Source of the DNA: Verrucomicrobiota bacterium
GTDB taxonomy: Bacteria; Verrucomicrobiota; Verrucomicrobiia; Opitutales; Opitutaceae
Assembly (NCBI GenBank): GCA_019136515.1
Contig: JAGVUB010000164.1
Span: 14,394 to 78,393 of the forward strand
Direction of reading: 5' to 3'
Length of the DNA: 64,000 nt
Shown here: positions 8,909 to 18,391 of the stretch, piece by piece
Numbering within the stretch: the first letter of the stretch is position 1
How the letters are laid out: every line of letters starts with the position of its first letter
The notes under the pieces: generated by a model
What the model saw: only the letters and a program-made list of their open reading frames with translations
What the model was told of the DNA's origin: nothing
Databases searched by the model: none
Program-made: the position numbers and the translations under genes

Positions 8909-10045
8909 ATGCCGTCGACTGTGCACATCCTTCCGGCGTCGGCGGAGCGATACCCGTGGTGGCGCCGCTGGCTGGGCACGCGTAGCTACTGGCTGGGGCA
9001 GGTCTCGTTCTGGGGCCTGCTCGCGGCCTTCCTGCTCTCCAGCAGTCTTGCCGATGCCAACCGCAAGGAGTCCGACGCGGAGGTCTGGGCGAGCAATCTG
9101 GCGGTTGTGCTGACCGGGGGCGGCTTCACCCATCTGCTGCGGGTGCTGATCCTTGCGGTGCGGGCGCGAGCGAAGTCGTGGTGGCCGGTCGTCGGCGCGC
9201 TGTTCCCGGTGAATGTCGCGGCGGCGGCGGGCATGGTGGCCACGTTGCTCGTGCTGGCCCTGGTCTTCGGTCCGGAGTCGCTCGGCGAGGATGGCGAGGT
9301 GATGACCGGCGCGGATCTTCTCGGCGGGGTCGGCTTTTTCTTCGCGCTGATCTCCGTTTGGAACGTATCCTATTTCGGGTGCTGCTATTACCGGGGCTAC
9401 CGGGAGGGGCTGTTCGAGCGGCTGCGGCTGCAGGCGGCGGTGAAGGAGGCGGAGTTGCGCACCCTCAAGGCCCAGGTCAACCCGCACTTCCTCTTCAACA
9501 GCCTCAACACCCTGCGCTCGATGATCCCGGGCGACCTCGAGCGTCCCCGGGAGGCGGTGACGCTGCTGGCCGAACTGCTGCGCGCCTCGCTCACGCTGGG
9601 CGATCGCACGACCGTGAGCGTGGCCGAGGAGCTGGAGACCGTGGAGAGCTACCTGGCGCTGGAGCAGCTGCGTTTCGAGAAGCGCCTGCGGGTGCGGGCC
9701 CGCGTCGACGCCGCCGCCCGCGAGGTGCAACTGCCGCCGTTCGTCCTGCAGACGCTGGTCGAGAACGCGGTGAAATTCGGCGTGGGCGGGCGACGCGAGG
9801 GCGGCGAGGTGGCCTACGCGGTGGCGCGGCGCGACGGCGTGCTGTCGTTGCGGGTGGAGAATAGGGGACAGCTTCGCACTACGAGCGAGTCGACCGGGCT
9901 GGGGCTGGCCAACGTCCGTGCGCGGCTCCTGCATCTCTACGGACCGGCCGCCGCGGTGACGCTGACGCAGGCCGACGCCGACCTGGTCGTCGCCGAGGCG
10001 ACGATCCCCGTCAACCCGACCAGGCCGGCGGGGGGCCCCTCATGA
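8909..10045 (+). CDS. LytS/YehU-type sensor histidine kinase
   Basis: Several N-terminal TM helices, then the His_kinase (PF06580-type) box NPHFLFNSLNTLRSMI and an HATPase region (LVENAVKFG, GLGLANVRARL). It overlaps the downstream regulator by 4 nt. Confidence 0.85.
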   Translation: MPSTVHILPASAERYPWWRRWLGTRSYWLGQVSFWGLLAAFLLSSSLADANRKESDAEVWASNLAVVLTGGGFTHLLRVLILAVRARAKSWWPVVGALFPVNVAAAAGMVATLLVLALVFGPESLGEDGEVMTGADLLGGVGFFFALISVWNVSYFGCCYYRGYREGLFERLRLQAAVKEAELRTLKAQVNPHFLFNSLNTLRSMIPGDLERPREAVTLLAELLRASLTLGDRTTVSVAEELETVESYLALEQLRFEKRLRVRARVDAAAREVQLPPFVLQTLVENAVKFGVGGRREGGEVAYAVARRDGVLSLRVENRGQLRTTSESTGLGLANVRARLLHLYGPAAAVTLTQADADLVVAEATIPVNPTRPAGGPS

Positions 10046-10794
10046 ATGCCATCATTGTCGACGACGAGCACCCGGCGCGCATCGAACTGGCCCGCCTGCT
10101 GGGCGGCTGCCCTTCGGTCCGGCTGGTCGGCGAAGCCGAGAGCGCGCCGGAGGCGTGCGAGTTGATCGAGCGGCTGCGGCCCGACCTCGTCTTTCTCGAC
10201 ATCGAGATGCCTGAGCAGAACGGCTTCGATCTGTTGGAGTCGCTGCCCCCGCCGCATCCGCACGTGATCTTCACCACGGCGTACAACGCCTATGCGTTGC
10301 GAGCCTTCGAGGTGAATGCGCTCGACTACCTGCTCAAGCCGATCAACCCGCGGCGACTGGCGGCCGCGCTTGAGCGGTTGGCGCAGCGGTGTGCCGCCGC
10401 GCCAGCCGGTCCCCTGGGGCCGGCGGTAGGAGCCGGGCCGGACGCTTCGGCCGTGCCGCTGCAGCCCGACGAGCATGTGTTCGTGCGCGACGGCGAGCGT
10501 TGCTGGTTCGTGGCGGTGCGGTCGTTGCGCCTGCTCGAGTCCGCCGGCAACCACACCCGGCTGTACTTCGACAAAGCAACGCCCCTGCTCTACCGCACGC
10601 TCAACTCGATGGAGGAGCGGCTGCCGCCCACGCTCTTCATGCGCGCCAACCGCTCCCAGCTCATCAATCTCACGATGATCGAGAAGATCGGCCAGTGGTT
10701 CAGCGGCTCGCTGAAGGTGACGTTGAAGGACGGCACCGAGGTCGAGTTCTCCCGCCGGCAGGCCCAGCTTTTCCGCGAGCGGATGAGCCTGTAG
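10042..10794 (+). CDS. LytR/AlgR-family response regulator (REC + LytTR)
   Basis: REC motifs (IVDDE, PDLVFLDIEMPEQNG) plus a LytTR-like C-terminus (FMRANRSQLINL...). Confidence 0.9.
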   Translation: MNAIIVDDEHPARIELARLLGGCPSVRLVGEAESAPEACELIERLRPDLVFLDIEMPEQNGFDLLESLPPPHPHVIFTTAYNAYALRAFEVNALDYLLKPINPRRLAAALERLAQRCAAAPAGPLGPAVGAGPDASAVPLQPDEHVFVRDGERCWFVAVRSLRLLESAGNHTRLYFDKATPLLYRTLNSMEERLPPTLFMRANRSQLINLTMIEKIGQWFSGSLKVTLKDGTEVEFSRRQAQLFRERMSL

Positions 10795-10802
10795 CGGCCG
10801 GT

Positions 10803-12218
10803 TCAGCCGAGCACGTGGCGGATCACATCGGCGGCGGTGTAGGTCTCGGCGTCGCCGGGGAGGAAACGGCCGAGTTGCGCGATGTCGTTGCCGGCGGTGA
10901 GGATCGGGGGCTCGGCGGTGCCGTCGGCGCGGATCTGGGCCAAGCCGGCCGTGGCGATGAGGCCGTTGCAGAGGCATTTGCGGCCGGCCAGTGCGGCCGG
11001 TTCGCCCTGCTTGCGCACGTAGTCGGCATCGGGCTCGGCGGCGCAGCGGTAGCCGAGCGAGCCGTCGGCGCGCAGGTAGGGCTCACGCAGGTAGCCGAGG
11101 TCGCAGATGCGCGGGCGGGCGGCGTAGACCGCCGCGTCCGAGAGCGTGTCGGCCATCTGGATAACCTTGAAGGGGAAGCCGGTGGGCGAGGCGAGCGGGT
11201 CGGTGTGGACGCGCACGCCCTCGGCGCGGGCGCGACGGCAGACCTCGCGGCGCAGATCGGGGCGGACGGCCGACTCCTCGCAGAAGGCGAAGGCGGTGCC
11301 GATCTGCACGCCGGCGGCGCCGGCTGCGCGGGCCTCGGCGAGCTTGGCGGGGTCGGCGCAGGAACCGGCCAACCAGAAGGGCAGACCGAGTGCGGCGATC
11401 TTCGGCAGGTCGGGCACATCGCGCGGGCCGTAGATGGGCTCGCCCTCGGCGCTGAGCTGCATCGGGCCGCGGGGTGGGGCGTTGTGGCCGCCGGCGACAT
11501 CACCCTCGACGATGAAACCGTCGACGCGGCCGGTGGACTTCTTCGCCAAGGTGGTCGCGAGGGTGGCCGAGGAGACGATGGCGAGGAACTGCGGGCGGTG
11601 CAGCTGCGGAGCGGCCTCGGAAAGAAAACCGGTGGGATCGAAGCGGGCGAAGGTCTTGCTACCGGCCGCGGCGCCGGCCACATCGATGGCGATCTCGGCC
11701 GGCTGGCCGGCAGCGAAGCGATCGAGCGCGCCGGGGATTTCGCGCGGGATGCCGGCCCCCATGAGCACGTAGTCGACCCCGGCGAGCATGGCGCCGTAAA
11801 GGGCGGTGAGCGTGCCCACCTGGATCTTCTCGAGCAGGTTGATGCCGACCGGGTTGTTGTGTCCGCGTTTTGCGAGGTGGACCTCGGCGAAATTGGCGAC
11901 GACGGTCAGCTCGGCGAGGGCGAGGGAGGGCTGTACTCCCGGCATGGCGACGGGTTTGAAGGGGGCGTCGGCCGCTTTGCCGCCGGGGACGAAGAAGGCG
12001 TTGCGCACGCGCTCGGCGATCGCGCGGATGGGGAATCGTTCGAGGGCTTCAGTCATGTGGCCGCCGGGGTCCCCGGACTGGAGGCGGCGGGCGAAGACGA
12101 CGGAGAGCAGCGTGCCGGAGACGACACCGAGCTGGCCGAGTTGGGCGACGGAGCGGGCGAGGCGCCAATTGGAGACGGCGACGCCCATGCCGCCCTGGAT
12201 GATCTGAGGTTGGGACAT
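10803..12218 (-). CDS. Nitronate monooxygenase (2-nitropropane dioxygenase family)
   Basis: N-terminus IIQGGMGVAVSNWRLARSVAQLGQLGVVSG is typical of the NMO/FMN TIM-barrel family. The start was set at ATG 12218 inside the artefactual 985-aa ORF. Confidence 0.8.
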   Translation of the reverse strand: MSQPQIIQGGMGVAVSNWRLARSVAQLGQLGVVSGTLLSVVFARRLQSGDPGGHMTEALERFPIRAIAERVRNAFFVPGGKAADAPFKPVAMPGVQPSLALAELTVVANFAEVHLAKRGHNNPVGINLLEKIQVGTLTALYGAMLAGVDYVLMGAGIPREIPGALDRFAAGQPAEIAIDVAGAAAGSKTFARFDPTGFLSEAAPQLHRPQFLAIVSSATLATTLAKKSTGRVDGFIVEGDVAGGHNAPPRGPMQLSAEGEPIYGPRDVPDLPKIAALGLPFWLAGSCADPAKLAEARAAGAAGVQIGTAFAFCEESAVRPDLRREVCRRARAEGVRVHTDPLASPTGFPFKVIQMADTLSDAAVYAARPRICDLGYLREPYLRADGSLGYRCAAEPDADYVRKQGEPAALAGRKCLCNGLIATAGLAQIRADGTAEPPILTAGNDIAQLGRFLPGDAETYTAADVIRHVLG

Positions 12219-12373
12219 GGTGGCTGGAGAAGCTCCGCCGCTAGACGGCGAAGGGTGCACGACGGGAAGTAGACCCTGCCGTTTCACGCTCGAAGCGTGT
12301 GGGGGAAGGAGCCGTGTTCGACCGACGAGCGGCCGGACAGTGGGCGGCTCATCGGCACAAGGGAAGCGCCAAT

Positions 12374-13525
12374 TCAGCGGGTCGTTTGGAAATGATCGGG
12401 TCCTGTGGTTGGCGACGGGTGCGAGTTGCTCACCCGATTGTAGGCGAGACAGAGCAGCACGCCGCTGGCGAGGTCGACGAGGGCCGTCGGCGCGGAGAGC
12501 GCGGGGCCGTGGACACAGTAGGCGGCGTAACAGGCGGCGGTGGTGATGGTGAAGAGCGGCAGCGGCTTCCGGCCCAGCGACGAGAGGAAGCGCAGAATCG
12601 GCATCCGCGGGATGGTGGCATTCCGAAGCAGGAGGCCGAAGGCAAAGAGGGTGAGCAGGCTGTGCGCGAGGTAGGGCCACTCCAGCATTGCCTTGCCGCG
12701 CTCGGGCTGGAGCAACCCGACCCAATAGGCCCACGGCATGGGCAGCAAGGCTGCGGCATGGCGCACGAAGGCGCAGAACAGCAGCATCGCCCACGCGGCC
12801 GCGAGGACCACCGAGGTCCGGCCGGTGCCGGAGACGAGCGGGGACCGGTGGTCGTGGAGCCAGCCGCCGAGGTGGAAGAGCAACTGCCAGGAGAGCGGAT
12901 TGAAGGTCCAACCGGTGAACAACCAAGGGCCGAGTGCCAAGCTGGCGAGGTAGAGGACGAGCGCGAGCGCCAGCGGCGGCACACGGAAGCGGTGCTCCGC
13001 ATGCAGGGTGAGCATGAAAAGTCCCAGCACGACGACATAGGTCGGCAGGATGTCGGTGCCGAGGCCGTTGAGGTCGAGCGTGGCCGCGGCGCCGGCGGCG
13101 GCGAGCGGGGCGTGGGCGGCGAGTTGGAACGCCGGCCGCTCCGCCCACCAGGGCAGCGGCTCCCCGCGGCCGCTCAGGTACAAGGCGGCGAGGATGTAGA
13201 GCGCGGCAAGCAGGAGGTTGCAGAGGTAGAGTTGCCCCATGCGTTTGGCGATGCGCAGGGAGGCGACCCCGAGGCCGCGCTGCCGCGCCAGCCGGCTGTA
13301 CACCAACTGGGCTACGAATCCGCTGATCAGGAAGAACCAGGCGGCGGTGTCGGAGAAGCCGTGGGGCTTGGTCGTCCACGCCTGCAGCGGGCTGGGGGGC
13401 AGGTGGTTGACGAAGATCGCCAGGATGGCGACGCCCCGCCAGAAGTCTACAAGATGGATACGCTCGGCCGGTGCGCGCACGGCCGGCGGCGCGGCGGTGG
13501 GGGCGGAGCGGGGCGCGGTGGTCAT
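12374..13525 (-). CDS. OpgC-like integral membrane acyltransferase
   Basis: 383 aa and polytopic. The N-terminal motif DFWRGVAILAIFVNH is typical of the OpgC/acyltransferase-3-like family. Confidence 0.7.
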   Translation of the reverse strand: MTTAPRSAPTAAPPAVRAPAERIHLVDFWRGVAILAIFVNHLPPSPLQAWTTKPHGFSDTAAWFFLISGFVAQLVYSRLARQRGLGVASLRIAKRMGQLYLCNLLLAALYILAALYLSGRGEPLPWWAERPAFQLAAHAPLAAAGAAATLDLNGLGTDILPTYVVVLGLFMLTLHAEHRFRVPPLALALVLYLASLALGPWLFTGWTFNPLSWQLLFHLGGWLHDHRSPLVSGTGRTSVVLAAAWAMLLFCAFVRHAAALLPMPWAYWVGLLQPERGKAMLEWPYLAHSLLTLFAFGLLLRNATIPRMPILRFLSSLGRKPLPLFTITTAACYAAYCVHGPALSAPTALVDLASGVLLCLAYNRVSNSHPSPTTGPDHFQTTR

Positions 13526-13671
13526 CGTGGCGGATGAAGCGGCCGGTGGGCGTGCTTGTCAGCTCCGCAAATGCGGCCGCGGCGCCAGGGATGCCGACGG
13601 GGCGAGGGCCCCCGGGCGGGGTTTCGCCTCGCCGCGGGCGGCGGCGGGGCTTTTCTCTGCGCTGCGCCGCC

Positions 13672-14856
13672 ATGCCCGCCACCGCCACCCGCCTCAACGT
13701 CTTCACCGAGTCCGTCATCCGCGGGATGACCCGCCTGGCCAACCAACACGGCGCGATCAACCTCGCGCAGGGCTTCCCCGACTTCGAGCCGCCGGAGGAG
13801 TTGCTCGCCGCGCTGGAGCGGGCGACGCGCGGTCCGTTCCATCAATACGCGATCACTTGGGGCGCGCCGCGCTTCCGGGCGGCGCTGGCGCGGAAGATCG
13901 CGCGCGGCACCGGGCTGGAGGTCGACCCGGACCGGCATCTGGTCGTCACCTGCGGCAGCACCGAGGCGATGATGGTGGCCATGATGACGGCCTGCAATCC
14001 GGGCGACAAAGTCGTGGTGTTCTCCCCGTTCTACGAGAACTATGCAGCCGACGCGATCCTCTCGGGGGCGCAGCCGCTCTACGTGCCGCTGCGGCCGCCG
14101 AACTTCGGGTTCGATCCGGCGGAGCTGGAGCGGGCGTTCGCGCAGAAGCCGAAGGCGATCGTCGTCTGCAACCCCTCCAACCCGTGCGGCAAGGTGTTCA
14201 CGCGCGCGGAGCTGCGGGCGATCGGCGCGCTGGCGGAGAAACACGACGCGTTCGTGATCACCGACGAGCCGTACGAGCACATCGTCTACGCGCCGCACGA
14301 ACATGTGAGCATGGCCGCGCTGCCGGGGATGGCGGCACGCACGATCACCTGCAATTCGCTCTCGAAGACGTATTCGATCACCGGTTGGCGGCTGGGTTAT
14401 GTGCACGCCGCGCCGGAGGTGATCGCGCAGGCGCGCAAGGTGCACGACTTCCTCACCGTGGGCGCCGCGGCGCCGTTGCAGGAGGCGGCGGTGGCGGGGT
14501 TGGAGTTGCCGGACAGCTACTACGCCGGTCTGCGCGAGCTCTACACGCGCAAACGCGATGTCTTCCTCGGGTGGTTGCGCCGGACGGGGCTGCCGTTCAC
14601 CGAGCCGCAGGGCGCCTACTACGTGATGGTCGACATCTCCTCGCTCGGCTTCGCGACCGATACGGCCGCCGCCGAGTGGATGATCCGCGAGATCGGCGTG
14701 GCGGGCGTGCCGGGCTCGAGCTTCTTCCGCGAGCCGGAGCAGCGCTACATCCGTTTCCACTTCGCCAAGCGCGAGGAGACGCTGAATGCCGCCGGTGAGC
14801 GGCTGGTGCGGCTGCGCGAGTGCGCCGGGGTGGGAGCGACCGCGCCGCGCGGGTGA
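13672..14856 (+). CDS. Class I/II PLP-dependent aminotransferase (YbdL/kynurenine-aminotransferase-like)
   Basis: INLAQGFPDF near the N-terminus, the PLP-lysine context NSLSKTYSITGWRLGY, and C-terminal IRFHFAK. Confidence 0.85.
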   Translation: MPATATRLNVFTESVIRGMTRLANQHGAINLAQGFPDFEPPEELLAALERATRGPFHQYAITWGAPRFRAALARKIARGTGLEVDPDRHLVVTCGSTEAMMVAMMTACNPGDKVVVFSPFYENYAADAILSGAQPLYVPLRPPNFGFDPAELERAFAQKPKAIVVCNPSNPCGKVFTRAELRAIGALAEKHDAFVITDEPYEHIVYAPHEHVSMAALPGMAARTITCNSLSKTYSITGWRLGYVHAAPEVIAQARKVHDFLTVGAAAPLQEAAVAGLELPDSYYAGLRELYTRKRDVFLGWLRRTGLPFTEPQGAYYVMVDISSLGFATDTAAAEWMIREIGVAGVPGSSFFREPEQRYIRFHFAKREETLNAAGERLVRLRECAGVGATAPRG

Positions 14857-14939
14857 TTCGAGGCCCGGCGTTCAGCGGCGGTTCGGCTGGCGGTGACACG
14901 CGGAGGCCCGACGAGCCGCGGGCGAGCGTTCGCTCAGGG

Positions 14940-15572
14940 TCAGCGGCGCCGGGGTGGGCGCGGACAGGGCGGGGGCAGCTCCTCCTCCGTCTCCTCCGGC
15001 GGCGGAGTGGGGGCCGGCGAGGCGTTGTAGGTGTGGAGGTCGGGGGTCATGCGCACATCGGGCGTCATCTGGATCTCCCAGGTCGGAGGAGTGGCATGTG
15101 CGGGGGCATCGAACCGCGGGCGGCGGGGGTAGTGCCGGTGTGGGCGATGGCCCCAGCTCTGCTGCCAGGCGTAGCCGGGGACCGGCGCGGGAGAGGGTGA
15201 ATACGCTGGTGGGACCGCCGGCTCCGATGCGGGAGGGGCGGCAGGGACGGGCTGGGCGGCGGCGCGCTGTGCTTGCTCGGCCTGTCGGCGCCGGGATTCC
15301 GCGGCGCGGGCCTCGGCGGCCTGGGCCTGGAGGGTGGCCTCGCGGCGGGCCAACGCTTCGTCGAGCGGGTAGTCGGCGGCGCACGCTTCGGGCAGCTTCG
15401 CCTTGTCCACCTGGGTGAAGCCGTGCGCGTGGCGGAAGGTGACGGTCGCGGCGTCGTGGCGGATCACTCGCGCATCCCGCAGCACCCGCCCGTCCTTGAG
15501 CACGCAGTCGGCCGCACCGGCGAGCGAGGGGGCAAGCAGCAGAAGGGCGAACAACGCGATGGGCCTCGGCAT
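14940..15572 (-). CDS. Secreted Pro/Ala-rich hypothetical protein
   Basis: Signal peptide MPRPIALFALLLLAPSLAGAADC, a short folded-looking N-domain, and then a low-complexity tail. Confidence 0.5.
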   Translation of the reverse strand: MPRPIALFALLLLAPSLAGAADCVLKDGRVLRDARVIRHDAATVTFRHAHGFTQVDKAKLPEACAADYPLDEALARREATLQAQAAEARAAESRRRQAEQAQRAAAQPVPAAPPASEPAVPPAYSPSPAPVPGYAWQQSWGHRPHRHYPRRPRFDAPAHATPPTWEIQMTPDVRMTPDLHTYNASPAPTPPPEETEEELPPPCPRPPRRR

Positions 15573-15689
15573 GGTCGGGCAGCGTACGCGGCGCACGCGG
15601 CGGGACAAGCGCGGTGCGGAGGGGCGGAGGTTGCGGGAGTCGATTTCCGCTGCTGGACAAGCGAACGGCCGCGGCCCATCGTGCCGCGC

Positions 15690-16556
15690 ATGAAGATTTT
15701 TCTCGATGGTTCCTTCGTCGACGCAGCCGAGGCCAAGGTCTCCGTGTTTGATCACGGTCTGCTCTACGGCGACGGCGTGTTCGAGGGCATCCGCCTCTAC
15801 TCGAAGAACATCTTCCGGCTCGACGCGCACCTCGAGCGGCTGGAGTTCTCCGCCAAGGCCATCGCGCTGAAGCTGCCATGGACGCGCGCGCAGATCGCCG
15901 AGTGGACCTGTGAGGCCTGCCGCCTGAACGGCCTGACCGACGGCTATATCCGCCTCGTGGTCACGCGCGGCGTGGGCAACCTCGGGCTCTCCCCGAAACG
16001 CTGCCCGAAGCCCTCGATCTTCATCATCGCCGACAAGATCGCGCTCTATCCGGAGGAGGTCTACACGAAGGGCCTTGATCTCATCACCGTGCCGACTCGC
16101 CGGATGAACTCCGCCGCGCTGCCGCCGGCGGTGAAGTCGTTGAACTACCTCAACAACATCATGGCCAAGCTCGAGGCCGAGAACGTGGGCTACCAGGAGG
16201 CGATCCTGCTCAACGACGAGGGCTTCGTGGCCGAATGCACCGGCGACAACATCTTCGCCCTCTTCCGTGGCGAGTTGCTCACGCCGAAGGCCTCCAGCGG
16301 TGCGCTGCGCGGCATCACCCGCGACGCGGTGATCGACATCGCCGCCGAGCTGAAGGTGCCCGTGCGCGAGATGGACATGACCCGCTACGATTTCTGGATC
16401 GCCGACGAGATGTTCCTGACTGGCTCGGCCGCGGAGGTCGTCCCGGTCGTGAAGCTCGATGGGCGCGAGATCGGCGCCGGCAAGCCGGGCGCGGTCACCG
16501 CGAAGTTCATCGAGACGTTCCGCCGTCGGGTGACCGTCGAGGGGACGCGGATCTGA
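15690..16556 (+). CDS. ilvE: Branched-chain amino acid aminotransferase (class IV)
   Basis: VSVFDHGLLYGDGVFEGIR and LNYLNNIMAKLEA are class IV aminotransferase hallmarks. 288 aa. Confidence 0.9.
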   Translation: MKIFLDGSFVDAAEAKVSVFDHGLLYGDGVFEGIRLYSKNIFRLDAHLERLEFSAKAIALKLPWTRAQIAEWTCEACRLNGLTDGYIRLVVTRGVGNLGLSPKRCPKPSIFIIADKIALYPEEVYTKGLDLITVPTRRMNSAALPPAVKSLNYLNNIMAKLEAENVGYQEAILLNDEGFVAECTGDNIFALFRGELLTPKASSGALRGITRDAVIDIAAELKVPVREMDMTRYDFWIADEMFLTGSAAEVVPVVKLDGREIGAGKPGAVTAKFIETFRRRVTVEGTRI

Positions 16557-16734
16557 GTTCTGCGACCGCCTGTTTCGTCCCTGATGCCGGCTCGTGCCGC
16601 CATGGGGCGGCTGTGGCACTTGCGCCGCAGTGCGCAACTGGCATGTTCTCTGCGAAGATACCGGTGTTGACACCAACGGTGTCTCAGGTCCGCTCAGCAG
16701 CGGTCGATTAACCACGCACAGCCCACAAATTCCG

Positions 16735-17247
16735 ATGGCCAATCCGATAAAGTGCAGCCTCTGCGGCAAGCCCGCGACGGTTCACCTTACGCAGATCATC
16801 AACAACAAGATCCACAAGGTGGACCTGTGTGAGGACTGCGCCAAGGCCAAGGGGGTGACCGACCCCAGCGGCTTCTCGCTGGCCGACCTGCTGCTCAAGG
16901 GGGCGCTCAACCCCGAGACGATCACCGAAGGCGAGGGCCATGGAGCCGAGTTGGTCTGCCCGAACTGCGGTTTCACCCAACAGGACTTCAAGAAGGTCGG
17001 TCGCTTCGGCTGCCCGAAATGCTACGAGGCGTTTCGCCCCATGCTCGTGCCCATGCTGGGCTCCATGCACAAGGGCGTGGCCCACTCCGGCAAAGTGCCG
17101 CAGCGGGCCCTCGACCGACGCTCCATCTACGAGCGGCTGACCAAACTCGAGATGGAACTCGACCTCGCCATCAAGACCGAGCGCTACGAGGACGCTGCCC
17201 GCTTCCGCGATGAAATTCGCCAAATCAAACAAACCCCAGGGGCGTGA
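16735..17247 (+). CDS. mcsA: McsA-like protein (arginine kinase activator; zinc fingers + UVR motif)
   Basis: CxxC pairs (CSLCGK, CEDCAK, CPNCGF, CPKCYE) and a C-terminal UVR motif (ERYEDAARFRDEIRQIK). It sits directly upstream of mcsB. Confidence 0.8.
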   Translation: MANPIKCSLCGKPATVHLTQIINNKIHKVDLCEDCAKAKGVTDPSGFSLADLLLKGALNPETITEGEGHGAELVCPNCGFTQQDFKKVGRFGCPKCYEAFRPMLVPMLGSMHKGVAHSGKVPQRALDRRSIYERLTKLEMELDLAIKTERYEDAARFRDEIRQIKQTPGA

Positions 17248-18358
17248 CCCCGACACGGAGGCGCGTCTCGCCGCCTTGCTCGAGTCGGTTGAGGACGCAG
17301 GGGAGTCGATCCTCGGCGCCGGACCGATCGTGCTCATGACCCGGGTGCGTTTGGCGCGCAACTTGAGCCGTTTCCCTTTCACGGGGTGGGCCAAGGAGGC
17401 GCAGCGTAGCGACATCCTGGCGGAGTGCACCTCGGCTGTCCGCGCGTTGCCGCAGATGAAAAAGGGCATCGCGTTCACGATGGAGGAACTCTCGGACCAC
17501 GAGAAACAACTCCTCGTCGAGCGCCACCTCATCAGCCGCGAGCTCTCCGCCTCGAAGGCCGGCAGCGGCGTGGTCATCAGCCGCGATTGCACCTGCTCGA
17601 TCATGGTCAACGAGGAGGACCACCTGCGCATGCAGGTGATCAAGCCGGGTTTCCAGCTCAAGCGTGTCTGGAAGACGATGAACGCCGTCGACTCCGCGCT
17701 CGAGGAGAGCCTCGACTACGCGTTCGACACCGAGCTCGGCTACCTCACCGCCTGCCCGACCAACCTCGGCACCGGCCTGCGCGCCAGCGCGATGATGCAC
17801 CTGCCCGCCCTCGTCATCACCGGGCAGATGGACAAGATCGTGCGCGCCCTCAACCAGCTCGGCCTGGTCGTACGCGGTCTCCACGGCGAGGGTACCGACG
17901 CCTCCGGCAGCATCTTCCAGATCTCCAACCAGACGACCCTCGGCGAGAGCGAGGCGGCGATCATCGATCGTCTCCACAACGTGCTCACCACGGTCTTCCG
18001 CCAGGAGATGAACGCCCGCGAGAAGCTGCTCGAGGCCGAGCCGGTCAAGCTCTTCGACAAGATCGGCCGCGCCTACGGACTGCTGCAGAACGCCCGACTG
18101 GTCACCTCGGCCGAGGCGCTCAACCTGCTCTCGTTGCTCCGGCTCGGGGTCGATCTCGGCGGTTTCCCCGCCGCCCTGCGCCTCGTCACCAACCGCCTCA
18201 TCATCCTCAGCCAGCCCGCGCACATCCAGCACGCGACCGATGCCGAGGCCGATCCCGCCCAGCGTGACATCCTCCGCGCCGAGCTGTTGCGCAAGGCGCT
18301 TGCCGATTTCCCGCGGCCGGAGTTCACGCACTCCGGCCCGCCGCCCGCGGCCGAATAA
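17210..18358 (+). CDS. mcsB: Protein arginine kinase McsB (ATP:guanido phosphotransferase)
   Basis: RVRLARNL...FPF, NEEDHLRMQ and CPTNLGTGLRAS are guanidino-kinase signatures. The exact start is uncertain because it overlaps mcsA by 38 nt. Confidence 0.9.
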   Translation: MKFAKSNKPQGRDPDTEARLAALLESVEDAGESILGAGPIVLMTRVRLARNLSRFPFTGWAKEAQRSDILAECTSAVRALPQMKKGIAFTMEELSDHEKQLLVERHLISRELSASKAGSGVVISRDCTCSIMVNEEDHLRMQVIKPGFQLKRVWKTMNAVDSALEESLDYAFDTELGYLTACPTNLGTGLRASAMMHLPALVITGQMDKIVRALNQLGLVVRGLHGEGTDASGSIFQISNQTTLGESEAAIIDRLHNVLTTVFRQEMNAREKLLEAEPVKLFDKIGRAYGLLQNARLVTSAEALNLLSLLRLGVDLGGFPAALRLVTNRLIILSQPAHIQHATDAEADPAQRDILRAELLRKALADFPRPEFTHSGPPPAAE

Positions 18359-18391
18359 CCGCCCACCTGTCACCAGACCCTTTCCACGCTC

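Noticed and set aside
10803-13760. Single 985-aa ORF on the minus strand
   Set aside because: Only its C-terminal 471 aa (10803..12218) look like a real protein, the nitronate monooxygenase. The upstream part overlaps the OpgC-like gene in another frame and is Arg/Pro-rich junk.
16614-16654. Two sigma-54-like GG-N10-GC elements (TGGCACTTGCGCCGCA; TGGCATGTTCTCTGCG) upstream of mcsA
   Set aside because: The -24 half is good, but the -12 halves deviate from TTGCW. GG-N10-GC arises easily by chance in such GC-rich DNA. There is no enhancer-binding-protein gene nearby, so support is too weak to annotate.
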